Of a DNA stretch of 64,000 nt, positions 39,087 to 48,776 are shown piece after piece. Made by a program: the position numbers and the translations under genes. The stretch lies in the NCBI GenBank assembly GCA_946409515.1, contig CAMJWS010000001.1, forward strand, positions 1,557 to 65,556, in the 5' to 3' direction. The DNA comes from an uncultured Bacillales bacterium. GTDB lineage: Bacteria; Bacillota_I; Bacilli_A; RFN20; CAG-826. Position 1 is the stretch's first letter. Each line of letters starts with the position of its first letter. The notes under the pieces are model-generated. The model was not told the origin of the DNA, made no database searches, and saw only the letters and a list, made by a program, of their open reading frames with translations.

Positions 39087-40223
39087 TTAACGCCTGTTGT
39101 GGCCTGTTAAGTTGTAATGTTTATCTTTATCTAAATACATTAATTCTTCAGCTTTTCTAAGCGCTTCTTGGAAAGTGATGCCACTTGCTTTCTTATCGAT
39201 GAAACAAGAGCCAATAGCGGCACTGTATTTTCCTTCGCGCATCTTTTCTCTAATCTTACTAACTGTCGCGTCTAATTGTTCGATCTTACCTTGGAACATT
39301 AGAATGGTGAATTCATCACCACTGACACGATAGGCGCACATGATGGATTGATCAATGCTACTTTCAAAAATATTCGCCAATGAGATGAGAGCTTCATCGC
39401 CTGTTTGGTGACCATAATTGTCATTAACGAATTTTAATTCGTTCATATCAATCATCACCACACCATTAATAACATCATGGTAACGGGATAAGTCTTCTAA
39501 ATATGTTCTTCTATCATAGAGATTTGTTAAAGGATCTCTAGAAGAGTTAATAGTCATAATAAAGATATAGTTAACCATCGCACAGATTTCACAAACAATA
39601 TTAAGTAAGTCATTTCTACCAGTAACCATTTCTGCGACAACTGTGGCAAGAACTAAGACTACACACATAACGATGACCATGCCATCACGACGATGCTTGC
39701 CATGGAATCTCACAGTAGAAACATAAATAGATACTCCTAAATAGAATAAGCATATTGCGTGTGAAACGAAGTTAAGGAACGAGCCTCTTTCAAATGAAGC
39801 GGTTAGACCATCACTATTCATTTGATAATAGAATATTAGCTTTGCTAATGGCTCCACTTTCATAAAGATAATTGGAAGCAGATACACTAAAAGGTTCACT
39901 AATAATGGAATACTAACCATAAGGTAGAACCCACGACCACGTTTATACTCCATATTGGTGAGCAAAACGAAAATATATAACAAGATTGGTCTTAAGATAT
40001 AGCCAATGGAAGTAAAGACTGTTCCTAATTCAGGTAAGCCTTTGGCTTGTGAGTATTTTTCAATGAAGACCACGACTGAAAGAGCTAAGACAATCGCGGT
40101 GAAAACAAGAAAGTAAATACTTTCCCTTTTTCTGACACGTATGTTTCTAATGGCTAGAAACGACATGACAACAGAGATGGCAAATAATGGAATATTGATA
40201 ACTAGATAATTAGAGAAATCCAT
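39087..40223 (-). CDS. Membrane protein with a C-terminal GGDEF-family domain bearing a degenerate SGDEF active-site motif.
   Basis: About six TM helices, then LTNLYDRRTYLEDL...MIDMNELKFVNDNYGHQTGDEAL...RVSGDEFTILM. Confidence 0.7.
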   Translation of the reverse strand: MDFSNYLVINIPLFAISVVMSFLAIRNIRVRKRESIYFLVFTAIVLALSVVVFIEKYSQAKGLPELGTVFTSIGYILRPILLYIFVLLTNMEYKRGRGFYLMVSIPLLVNLLVYLLPIIFMKVEPLAKLIFYYQMNSDGLTASFERGSFLNFVSHAICLFYLGVSIYVSTVRFHGKHRRDGMVIVMCVVLVLATVVAEMVTGRNDLLNIVCEICAMVNYIFIMTINSSRDPLTNLYDRRTYLEDLSRYHDVINGVVMIDMNELKFVNDNYGHQTGDEALISLANIFESSIDQSIMCAYRVSGDEFTILMFQGKIEQLDATVSKIREKMREGKYSAAIGSCFIDKKASGITFQEALRKAEELMYLDKDKHYNLTGHNRR

Positions 40224-40379
40224 ACGCTAAAAATTTATACGATATTTTATCACTAGTTCTAAAAAATGTATACAGCCCTTAATTTTGATAATAAAAACCA
40301 AGATTTAAGACAATCTTTGATAAAGTTTATTTTGATAGAGGCACGATTTTTATTAGTAACATCTTTAAATTAGTGTATA

Positions 40380-41837
40380 GTGAAAGTAACAGATATAGAA
40401 TTGTGTAACGTTCTATCGCGGAGACTACATATGGGATACACTAAGGAAGATATCCACCAAATTGTGGAGAAACAAAGAGAGTTTTTCTTATCTAATCAAA
40501 CTCTCGATATTTCGTTTAGAAAACAACAATTAATCAAATTAAGAAATGCAATTTCCTCTAATCAAGAAGTCTTAGAAAAGGCTTTATTTGAGGACTTAGG
40601 TAGAAGTGACGCTGAAGCATATTTCTGTGATATCGGTGATGTCATCATGGAAATCAATGAGTGCATACACGGCCTTAAGAAATGGAGTAAACCTGAAACT
40701 CATTTCTCAGGACTAGCGTGTTTTCCTAGTATCTTCACAAAAGTGTATAAGATGCCATATGGTGTGTCTTTAATCATCTCTCCATTTAACTTCCCTGTTT
40801 TATTATCAATTGGTGTATTAGCCGCCTCTATTGCAGGCGGTAATACCGCCTTAATTAAGGCGAGTAGTAAATCAAAAGCCACTACTCAGGCTTTAAAAGA
40901 AATCATCGCTAACACTTTTAGTGAGAACTATATAACTGTTATTGATGGCGGTCATGATGTTGCAGATTATTGTTTAGAAGAACGTGTTGATAAGATTTTC
41001 TACACTGGTTCCCCTAATGTTGGTAAACACGTCATGGAAATGGCCAGTAAAAACCTCACTCCTGTTACTTTGGAATTAGGTGGGGAAACTGGTAACTGGT
41101 GTATTGTTAGGAAGGACGCTAATCTCAAAGATGCAGCAAGAAAAATCGCCTTCTTTAAGATTTGTAATTCTGGACAAATTTGTATCAATATTAACCAAGT
41201 AGCAGTCGCCGCTGAAGTAGCGGAACAATTCGTTAGCGAATTGAAAAACGAGATTATTCGTCAAATTGGTGAGCAAGCTTATCTTAATCCAGAATATCCA
41301 AAGCTAATCGCTCAAAGAGCGTATGAAAACATCGCTAATGAGGCTGAGCAATATCGCGATAGGATCGTCTTTGGTGGAGAAGGTGATATCAATACTTTGA
41401 AGTATTCTCCAACCATTATCTATCCTGTGGATATTGATGAACCGATTGTAAATCATGAAATATTTGGACCACTGCTTCCTATCGTTCCTTTTAGCGATAA
41501 CGAAATTGATAAACTATTAGACACTATTGCTAGAAGAGAACATGGTTTAGCCTTCTATATTTTCACCAAGAATAAGAAATGGGCTAAGAAAGTCATGCAA
41601 ACACAACAATATGGTGGCGGTTGTATTAATGAAGTCTGTTTACACCTCATGGTTAAAGGTGTGCCATTTAATGGTACAGGCCATTCCGGTATGGGTGCCT
41701 ACCATGGGGTATGGGGATTTAGAGAATTCACTCATCCTTCTACCGTCTTATTTGGTAAAACAAAAATGAATCTCTCTTTGAGAGAACATCCATATACTCC
41801 AAAGAAAAAGAAACTATTTTCTAAGTTTCTTAAATAG
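40380..41837 (+). CDS. Aldehyde dehydrogenase family protein (class-3-like; probable start at the Met at 40431).
   Basis: ELGGETGNWCIV glutamate region, FFKICNSGQICINI catalytic-Cys region, and GGGCINEVCLH near the C-terminus. Confidence 0.8.
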   Translation: MKVTDIELCNVLSRRLHMGYTKEDIHQIVEKQREFFLSNQTLDISFRKQQLIKLRNAISSNQEVLEKALFEDLGRSDAEAYFCDIGDVIMEINECIHGLKKWSKPETHFSGLACFPSIFTKVYKMPYGVSLIISPFNFPVLLSIGVLAASIAGGNTALIKASSKSKATTQALKEIIANTFSENYITVIDGGHDVADYCLEERVDKIFYTGSPNVGKHVMEMASKNLTPVTLELGGETGNWCIVRKDANLKDAARKIAFFKICNSGQICININQVAVAAEVAEQFVSELKNEIIRQIGEQAYLNPEYPKLIAQRAYENIANEAEQYRDRIVFGGEGDINTLKYSPTIIYPVDIDEPIVNHEIFGPLLPIVPFSDNEIDKLLDTIARREHGLAFYIFTKNKKWAKKVMQTQQYGGGCINEVCLHLMVKGVPFNGTGHSGMGAYHGVWGFREFTHPSTVLFGKTKMNLSLREHPYTPKKKKLFSKFLK

Positions 41838-42560
41838 GTGAACGTTATGATGCCATTAATTCCAATTATTATTCTTATTTGCGCTGGTGCGGTTTTGCTC
41901 TTCTTCTTCTTAAAAGAAAAAGTTAAAGCTTATTCCGTTAAAGCAGTGATGTTTAAAGCGGCAGCTTCTATTTGCTTTGTCGCGGTCGCTGCGATTTCGT
42001 TATTCTTTAAAGGCCACCACGCTTTATCCATCTTTGTGACTTTAGGCCTATTTTTCGGCGTTTTGGGCGACATTTGGCTTGATTTCAAATATGTTTTCAA
42101 GGAACACGATAAGATCTTCACATACGCAGGTTTTATTATGTTTGCTTCAGGACACGCTTGTTACATCAGTGGTATGTTCTTAGAATTCTTTAATAATCAA
42201 AATCCTTTATATATTATTCTTCCACTTATCGGAGGTTTATTAATAAGTGTGTGCAATCTCTTTATTGCTAAACCAATGAAATTAGATTATAGCGGTTATA
42301 AAGTCATTAGTATCATCTATGGTTTCTTCTTATTCAGTATGACTTTAACCGCTTTAAGTTTGTCCATTATGATGGGCTTTAATAACGCTACTTTAATCAT
42401 GATTCTGGCAGGTGGCTTATTATTCACTATTTCTGATTTGATTTTAAGCGGTACATATTTTGGTAAAGGAAAAGAAAGACCGGTTGATATTATTACCAAC
42501 TCGGTCACTTATTACTTAGCACAGTTTGTCATCGCTTTTGCGATATTCTTTGTTGCCTAA
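41838..42560 (+). CDS. Multi-TM membrane protein, possibly YhhN/lysoplasmalogenase-like.
   Basis: Seven to eight hydrophobic helices. The start codon is 1 nt after the ALDH stop. Confidence 0.35.
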   Translation: MNVMMPLIPIIILICAGAVLLFFFLKEKVKAYSVKAVMFKAAASICFVAVAAISLFFKGHHALSIFVTLGLFFGVLGDIWLDFKYVFKEHDKIFTYAGFIMFASGHACYISGMFLEFFNNQNPLYIILPLIGGLLISVCNLFIAKPMKLDYSGYKVISIIYGFFLFSMTLTALSLSIMMGFNNATLIMILAGGLLFTISDLILSGTYFGKGKERPVDIITNSVTYYLAQFVIAFAIFFVA

Positions 42561-43535
42561 TTATTTATAAGAGACAACAGTCATGCTATAGAATCTCTTT
42601 TGTTTAATGAGAACGTCTTTGACTTGTCCTTTGTTTGAGTTATGAATCTTAATATAGTTTGTGTTTGTTTTCGCTAGGATATATGTCTTAGTTGTACTTT
42701 CCACTTGAGTTTTACCATAGGTAACTGGTTCATCTGCGGTGAATGGATAATTAGTGTCGGTATCAAATTGAACATATTTGATTTTGCCACTTGAAACACG
42801 GATATGTAAGTAAGTACCAACATAGAAACGGAATGGGTCGGTATATTGTTGAAAAGAGTACTGTGTTCCTGGATCATATTCCATAGTGACAATGCCACAT
42901 GTCCAAAGGATGTGTTCTGGATTCTTTTCACTTGGTCCTGACATTGTTTCAGCGTTAGCCGCGGTGAAATCAATCTTAGTGGTGACTGTTTCTTTGCCGT
43001 TATCTTCTAATGATTCATATGTTTCTTCAACCACAACACCACTTCTAATGATTTTGTAGTAAACAGGATATGGTGTACTACTATCACCAGCAAGTTCTGG
43101 TTGACCGTTTTTTTCATAATAGGTGTAATGACCACCGGCGATAACGGTATCGCCTTGCTGGACATCATTTTGACCAGCGTTAGCGTCGATTGTGCCTGAA
43201 TAGACTTGCACAGATGCTGTGCCACCTTGGTCCACTAAATAGGAACTGTAGGAGCTGTATTTTTGATTAAAGTATGGTTTTTCACTTACGATGCCTTTGA
43301 TATAAATCGTTTCAGTAGAATAGGATGTGTTCTTACCAATAATAGCGATAGCTTCCGCGATGGTATATGGATTAGTGAGTGTGCCTTTTGGACCACTGAC
43401 GGATTCTTCACTAGGATTTGAAATAGAAGCACTGTTATCAGTATTTGTATTTGTGTTATTTGCACTATTAGATTTAGAGTTAGCGCAAGCCGTTAATGCA
43501 AGAACGGCGGCGACTAATAATAATTGTTTTTTCAT
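42561..43535 (-). CDS. Lipoprotein of unknown function.
   Basis: Signal plus lipobox LALTAC, followed by a Ser/Asn/Thr-rich linker. Confidence 0.5.
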   Translation of the reverse strand: MKKQLLLVAAVLALTACANSKSNSANNTNTNTDNSASISNPSEESVSGPKGTLTNPYTIAEAIAIIGKNTSYSTETIYIKGIVSEKPYFNQKYSSYSSYLVDQGGTASVQVYSGTIDANAGQNDVQQGDTVIAGGHYTYYEKNGQPELAGDSSTPYPVYYKIIRSGVVVEETYESLEDNGKETVTTKIDFTAANAETMSGPSEKNPEHILWTCGIVTMEYDPGTQYSFQQYTDPFRFYVGTYLHIRVSSGKIKYVQFDTDTNYPFTADEPVTYGKTQVESTTKTYILAKTNTNYIKIHNSNKGQVKDVLIKQKRFYSMTVVSYK

Positions 43536-43593
43536 AATTTGTTACCTCGATAAATTATATTTTTATTTATTAATAAATCAACTAAAAATCCCT

Positions 43594-44211
43594 TTATTTA
43601 AGGGATTCTTTATTATTTGCTTTCTTCTTTTCTTTTTCGAGATTGTTATTATAGATTCTCACTAGTGTTGGAAGATTATATTTTAAGATGAACGCTGGTA
43701 GAACAATTAATATCGCATTGATAATCGCCACTGGTAAACAAATTGTTAACCAGATATTAGACTGACCAGTATACATCTTCCAGTCTAATAAGATGACTAG
43801 GAATGCCGCTGGAACACTGAATAAGTGAATAGCGACACCATATCTAGCTTCTAAAATGAAACGTGAAACATATTCATTATCAAATGGATTAGCGAATTGG
43901 TTCTTATGAAAACCAGTAAAGCTTCCTAATTCAGGAACATGTTCTTTCCATCTATTTACTTTTAAGAATTTATAAAATTTGAATTCTCTTGGTCCTGTTT
44001 TAAAGATGCCTTTATCTTTTGAAAACCATTTTTCGGGCATCCTGCGAACGATAAAGGCCACCAGACCATCAATTAATACACTGATAATCACTAAGGCAAC
44101 GGTGAAAATAATGTATAACCAAAACTTATCCTGATATAAAGGATTAAAGAAACAGTTTAGGGTGATCACCACCGCCATAGAGATGAGAATAATAATTGAA
44201 TACAATAACAT
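43594..44211 (-). CDS. CrtO-like (glycosyl-4,4'-diaponeurosporenoate acyltransferase family) small membrane protein.
   Basis: TM-flanked core FKTGPREFKFYKFLKVNRWKEHVPELG resembles the CrtO-family motif (..RE.K.Y..L.I..WK..VP). Its start overlaps the stop of the upstream GT8-acyltransferase gene by 1 nt. Confidence 0.4.
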   Translation of the reverse strand: MLLYSIIILISMAVVITLNCFFNPLYQDKFWLYIIFTVALVIISVLIDGLVAFIVRRMPEKWFSKDKGIFKTGPREFKFYKFLKVNRWKEHVPELGSFTGFHKNQFANPFDNEYVSRFILEARYGVAIHLFSVPAAFLVILLDWKMYTGQSNIWLTICLPVAIINAILIVLPAFILKYNLPTLVRIYNNNLEKEKKKANNKESLK

Positions 44212-46031
44212 TATTTTTCCTCTGGTAAGTATTCTAATGGTACACCATATACTTGTTCATAGATTTCTTTAAAGCGTTGCTCGTTAACTTCTTTCATATG
44301 GTTAACGTTTTCTTGTTGAGATAAATCTTCATCTGGATAGATTGGCTTTAAGAAATGTAATGTATAGGCTTGGATAGGAGCACCGTCTTTATCAAGTTTA
44401 TCAGTATCACGCATGGTGATAAATGTTGGAATGATAGGAACATTATTTTTGCTAGCAAAAATGAAAGCACCTTGTTTTAATGGCTTTGGTTTACGATAAT
44501 TCCACCACATTGATTGTTCTGGATAAATAAGGATATAGTTGCCTTTTTTAAGGATGGTAGAAATAGAGGCATATAAGTCTCTTAACACTGTTGGGTTAGT
44601 GGCTAATGGTAAGGTATAGCAGTTTCTTAAGAAGAAACCGTATAAACCAGGCATTGTGTAATTACCTTCTCTAATGATTTTGAAGAGCTTTTTAGTTCTT
44701 GCGTATTTCTTCATCGCTAAATGGAGAGGAATACTATCAAATGGTGAGAAGTGATTAGCAGTGATAATCGCCCCACCTTTCACACCCTTAAGGTTTTCAA
44801 CACCTTCATAGCCGTCAATAACGATATGGCCTTTTTTAATCATGTGTTTGAAATAACGATGGGAATAGTAATTAGCCCACATGGTCTTAATCTTACTAGT
44901 CCATTTCTTTCTTAAGTAGTCAACATCTCCTGGCATAAGATGATTGAATGGAGGATCGTTTTCCACGTCCACATCAAAACGTCTACTTCTTTCAAGAGCG
45001 TTGATTTTATCAACGATAGCTTGTCTTTCGTCACTGAGTTTAGGAGCGATTGGTTCATCGTTTCTAATTCTTTGGTCAATAGAAGTAACGCGAACTTTTT
45101 CCGGTTCACCATTGATCTTATCGTGGTATTCTTGGGCTTTAGAAGCTTCTAGGTCGCAGAAGGCTTTAACACCAGCAACACCTTGAAGAATCTTATCGGT
45201 GACTTCTTGAGGAATAGCATCTCTATTCTTAAGAATCATGTCTTTAACACCAGCGAGTTCAGCGTATTTGAAGAATTCTTCTTCATACATGATGTTCTTT
45301 AAGTTCCATGGTTTGAACATTAAGTTATAGTGAATTAAAGATGGATTTTCCATTCTTTCACCAAGTGGCATAACATTCCACTTTGGATCAATGAGAAGAG
45401 CTTGACCTTTACATAAGTAGTTAAAGACATCTTGGTCTTGCGCAACTTTGAAAGTAACTTTCTTTAATAAACCAATAAATCTTCTTTCTAAACCAAAATC
45501 TCTAAGTTTCTTAAAGTTCATCAATAAGACACCAGCATTGAAATATTTGGTGTGGTCCATTTCAATGACTTTTTCAACGTAGTTAGAGAACTCACTATAG
45601 AGTTGGACAGAAGCATCAGGAATAGCACCCACTAGGTTATTACCTAAATCTGTGAAATATAGTTTAGCGATATCATCTCTAACGACAATATCACTATCGA
45701 GATATAAACCCTTATTAAAAAGTGGGAATAAGTTAGGTAAGAATAAACGGTAGTATGTTGTAATTGTATAGTAGTCACGAACGTCTAACTTCACGGATAA
45801 AGAATGCACTTTTGCGGTGACGTCCATAAACCAAATAAAAATATTTTTGTTGTTTTGATATTTACGTAAGATCTTCTTACTCTTACAGGATAAGCCGTCA
45901 TGGAGAACGGTTAAGTGATATGTATATTTCTTGCTAGCGTGTCTAACAATACTAGCAATAGTTACTGAAAGATATGGGATATAGTTATCATCCACTGTGA
46001 AGAAGAGACGTACAACTTTTCGTCTAGCCAT
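44211..46031 (-). CDS. Bifunctional fusion: N-terminal family-8 glycosyltransferase (GT8) plus C-terminal PlsC-type lysophospholipid acyltransferase.
   Basis: GT8: FTVDDNYIPYLSVTIASI...LDSDIVV...NAGVLLMNFKKLR (DxD plus the GT8 N(A/S)GV motif). Acyltransferase: ITANHFSPFDS (the H(X4)D box) and IYPEQSMWWN. Confidence 0.7.
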   Translation of the reverse strand: MARRKVVRLFFTVDDNYIPYLSVTIASIVRHASKKYTYHLTVLHDGLSCKSKKILRKYQNNKNIFIWFMDVTAKVHSLSVKLDVRDYYTITTYYRLFLPNLFPLFNKGLYLDSDIVVRDDIAKLYFTDLGNNLVGAIPDASVQLYSEFSNYVEKVIEMDHTKYFNAGVLLMNFKKLRDFGLERRFIGLLKKVTFKVAQDQDVFNYLCKGQALLIDPKWNVMPLGERMENPSLIHYNLMFKPWNLKNIMYEEEFFKYAELAGVKDMILKNRDAIPQEVTDKILQGVAGVKAFCDLEASKAQEYHDKINGEPEKVRVTSIDQRIRNDEPIAPKLSDERQAIVDKINALERSRRFDVDVENDPPFNHLMPGDVDYLRKKWTSKIKTMWANYYSHRYFKHMIKKGHIVIDGYEGVENLKGVKGGAIITANHFSPFDSIPLHLAMKKYARTKKLFKIIREGNYTMPGLYGFFLRNCYTLPLATNPTVLRDLYASISTILKKGNYILIYPEQSMWWNYRKPKPLKQGAFIFASKNNVPIIPTFITMRDTDKLDKDGAPIQAYTLHFLKPIYPDEDLSQQENVNHMKEVNEQRFKEIYEQVYGVPLEYLPEEK

Positions 46032-46210
46032 AAATAAAAGCCTCCTTTAGGCAGTAACAATAATAACAAATGACCATATAGAATTGATTCTATTTGTCTC
46101 TTGCAGTCTCTACTTAATGAGTCTCAAAAAGTAGAACTGCCAAAAAACTATAGTATAGTCAAACTTTTTAGTCAAAGGTCTACCTGTTAACACTTTATTA
46201 CAATAGTAAC

Positions 46211-46283
46211 ATATGCGCATTATGCACGCATATAGATAAACCGCCATTTTATGTTGACATAATCAGCTTTTTGTCGTTTAATA
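46211..46283 (+). promoter_or_regulatory. Candidate TetR operator palindrome plus sigma-70-like promoter upstream of the tetR-ABC operon.
   Basis: ATATGCGcattatgcaCGCATAT (7-bp arms) at 46211-46233. TTGACA, a 17-bp spacer, then TTTAAT at 46255-46283. Confidence 0.3.
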
Positions 46284-46325
46284 AAACAGACGTATTAAAA
46301 CAAGCGTTTTAGAAAGGATACGATT

Positions 46326-46898
46326 ATGCCACCAAGAGCAAAGTTCACTAAAGAAGAAATAATTAATGCCGGACTAGAGATATTAAGGACTTCTGATTTA
46401 TCACACGTTACAGCGCGTGAAATCGGAAAATATTTAAAGAGTTCCGCTCGTCCAATCTTCACCACTTTCACTAATATGGGTGAAGTTATTGAAGGGATTA
46501 GAGTCAAGGCTCGCGAGATTTATGATGAGTATGTTCAAGATGGATTGAAGCAAGATTTAGCCTTTAAGGGTGTCGGTCAAGCTTATATTCTTTTTGCTAT
46601 TAAAGAGCCAAAGTTATTCCAACTACTCTTTATGAGAAAACTAGAAAATGACATTGGTGTTAACAAGATCCTTCCTGAAATAGACGATAACTATCAAGCG
46701 ATATTAGATTCTATCACTAACAACTATCCAGTTAGTAAAGATGACGCTGTTATCTTATATCGTCACTTATGGATATATTCACACGGGATTGCCACATTAT
46801 GTGCTACCTCAATGTGTAAGTTCACAGGCGAAGAAATCGGTATCATGTTAACCGATGTCTTTAAATCATTATTAAAAGAAAGATTAATGGGTAAGTAA
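46326..46898 (+). CDS. TetR/AcrR-family transcriptional regulator.
   Basis: N-terminal HTH FTKEEIINAGLEILRTSDLSHVTAREIGKYL. Confidence 0.8.
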   Translation: MPPRAKFTKEEIINAGLEILRTSDLSHVTAREIGKYLKSSARPIFTTFTNMGEVIEGIRVKAREIYDEYVQDGLKQDLAFKGVGQAYILFAIKEPKLFQLLFMRKLENDIGVNKILPEIDDNYQAILDSITNNYPVSKDDAVILYRHLWIYSHGIATLCATSMCKFTGEEIGIMLTDVFKSLLKERLMGK

Positions 46899-46899
46899 G

Positions 46900-47589
46900 A
46901 TGATCGAGATTAAAAATATTACTAAATATTACGGTAAAGGCGAAAGCCGTTTTAAAGCCTTAGATGATGTCTCTATGAATATCAAGGATGGAGAATTCTT
47001 GGTTATTTTAGGTGCTTCAGGCAGTGGCAAGTCCACTTTCTTAAATGTCATTTCTGGACTTGAAACTCTTGATGATGGAGAAGTGATTTATAACGAAGAA
47101 CATCTTGAAAAGATGAACGAAAAAGAATTAACCAAGTTCCGTAGAGATAATGTTGCTTTCATCTTTCAACAATACTATCTCTTACCACATTTAAACGTGG
47201 AAAAGAATGTGAAGATGGGCGCTGATTTAGGCGATAAAGATTACCTCAAATATATTGAAGCTGTTGGCTTACATGATAAACGTAAAAAGCATCCTAGTGA
47301 ATTAAGCGGGGGCGAACAACAAAGAGTCGCTATTGCTAGAGCGCTTTCTAAAAAACCAAGAGTTCTTTTCTTAGATGAGCCAACTGGTGCCTTAGATGAA
47401 AAGACTGGTAGAAGTGTCTTAGATTACATCATTAAGTTACAAGAAAAAGAAAAGTTCACAATGATTATGGTGACACATAACGCTAATATTGCAGAAACTG
47501 CAGACCGCACTATCAAGATGAATAGCGGTAAGATTGTTGATATCTACGATAATCTTAATAAGAAATCTGCTTATGAGATTGGATGGTAA
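46900..47589 (+). CDS. ABC transporter ATP-binding protein (MacB/LolD-like).
   Basis: Walker A GASGSGKST, signature LSGGEQQRVAIARA, Walker B LFLDEPTGALD. Confidence 0.85.
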   Translation: MIEIKNITKYYGKGESRFKALDDVSMNIKDGEFLVILGASGSGKSTFLNVISGLETLDDGEVIYNEEHLEKMNEKELTKFRRDNVAFIFQQYYLLPHLNVEKNVKMGADLGDKDYLKYIEAVGLHDKRKKHPSELSGGEQQRVAIARALSKKPRVLFLDEPTGALDEKTGRSVLDYIIKLQEKEKFTMIMVTHNANIAETADRTIKMNSGKIVDIYDNLNKKSAYEIGW

Positions 47590-47592
47590 TTT

Positions 47593-48729
47593 ATGATTGT
47601 CAGTTTAAAAGATGGTTTTAAATTAATCGGCATCTCCATCATGGCGTGTTGCGCTGTTTGTGTTTGCAATATGTTTTTAAATTTCCAAATCGATTTAAGA
47701 AGTGTTGCTAATCAAGTAGAAGCAGGACCCGCACAAGCCTTATACGATGCTTTTGTTAGTACATCTATTGTGTGCTGCGCTTGTTGTGGTGGTTGTATGC
47801 TTATCACTTCTGTGGTGATGCTATTCTTCTATATTAAGCATTATATTGATAGCCATTCTCGTGAGATTGGAATCTTAAAAGCTCATGGTTATTCTAATTT
47901 TAGAATATCAAGAGGATTTGCGATCTTCGCTATTAGCATTTTAGTGGGTTGTCTTGCTGGCTATTTATTATCATTTGCGATTATGCCTTTATTTTATGAA
48001 AAGCAAAATGATAATAATCTTTTGCCTCATATTCCAATGAATATCCATTGGTACATGATTGTCTTATTAATTATTGTTCCTACGGTCGTGTTTGCGTTTA
48101 TCGCTATTGGATATAGCGTTATCAAACTTAATCAACCAACGATTAATTTACTTAAAGGTATCACTAAACAAAAAGATAAATATACTGATGGAAAAGATAA
48201 AAAGAACTTTGTTAGTGAAATGAGAAGCTCAGTTTTAAAGAGCCGTAAAACACTTGTGTTTTTTATGATTTTGTCTTCATTCTGTTTCTCTTCTATGATT
48301 CAAATGTCCGCGAGTATGGATGAACTAGCGAGTGATATGATGGGCATTATGATTCTTATTATTGGTATTGTCTTAGCTTTCACCACTTTCTATATCGCCT
48401 TAACCACAGTGATACACGCCAATCAAAAGAATATTGCAATGATGCGTGTCTTCGGATATAGTGCGATGGAATGTAAAAGATCTGTTTTAGATTGCTATAG
48501 AATTCCAGCGTATATTGGCTTTGCTATTGGTACCGCTTATCAATTTGGTTTATTAAAAGTCATGGTCACTGTTGTGTTCGCTGATGTGGAAGGTGTCCCT
48601 GATTATCACTTTGATTGGCCAATGTTCTTCATTACTTTAGTGGCATTTATTGTCATATACGAAGGTGCAATGTTCATATACGGCTATCTCATGAAAAAGA
48701 TTCCATTAAAACAAATCATGGATGAATAA
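47593..48729 (+). CDS. ABC transporter permease, FtsX/MacB-type.
   Basis: TM1, an extracellular loop, then a three-TM FtsX module (GILKAHGYSNFRI...; MMRVFGYSAMECK...). Confidence 0.75.
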   Translation: MIVSLKDGFKLIGISIMACCAVCVCNMFLNFQIDLRSVANQVEAGPAQALYDAFVSTSIVCCACCGGCMLITSVVMLFFYIKHYIDSHSREIGILKAHGYSNFRISRGFAIFAISILVGCLAGYLLSFAIMPLFYEKQNDNNLLPHIPMNIHWYMIVLLIIVPTVVFAFIAIGYSVIKLNQPTINLLKGITKQKDKYTDGKDKKNFVSEMRSSVLKSRKTLVFFMILSSFCFSSMIQMSASMDELASDMMGIMILIIGIVLAFTTFYIALTTVIHANQKNIAMMRVFGYSAMECKRSVLDCYRIPAYIGFAIGTAYQFGLLKVMVTVVFADVEGVPDYHFDWPMFFITLVAFIVIYEGAMFIYGYLMKKIPLKQIMDE

Positions 48730-48730
48730 A

Positions 48731-48765
48731 AAAACACCTGGCTTGAATGTCAGGTGTTTTTGTTT
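48731..48765 (+). terminator. Rho-independent terminator.
   Basis: aaaaaacacctggcttgaatgtcaggtgtttttgtttg: an 8-bp stem and a T-run; A/T runs on both sides. Confidence 0.6.
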
Positions 48766-48776
48766 GAATGAGTCTA

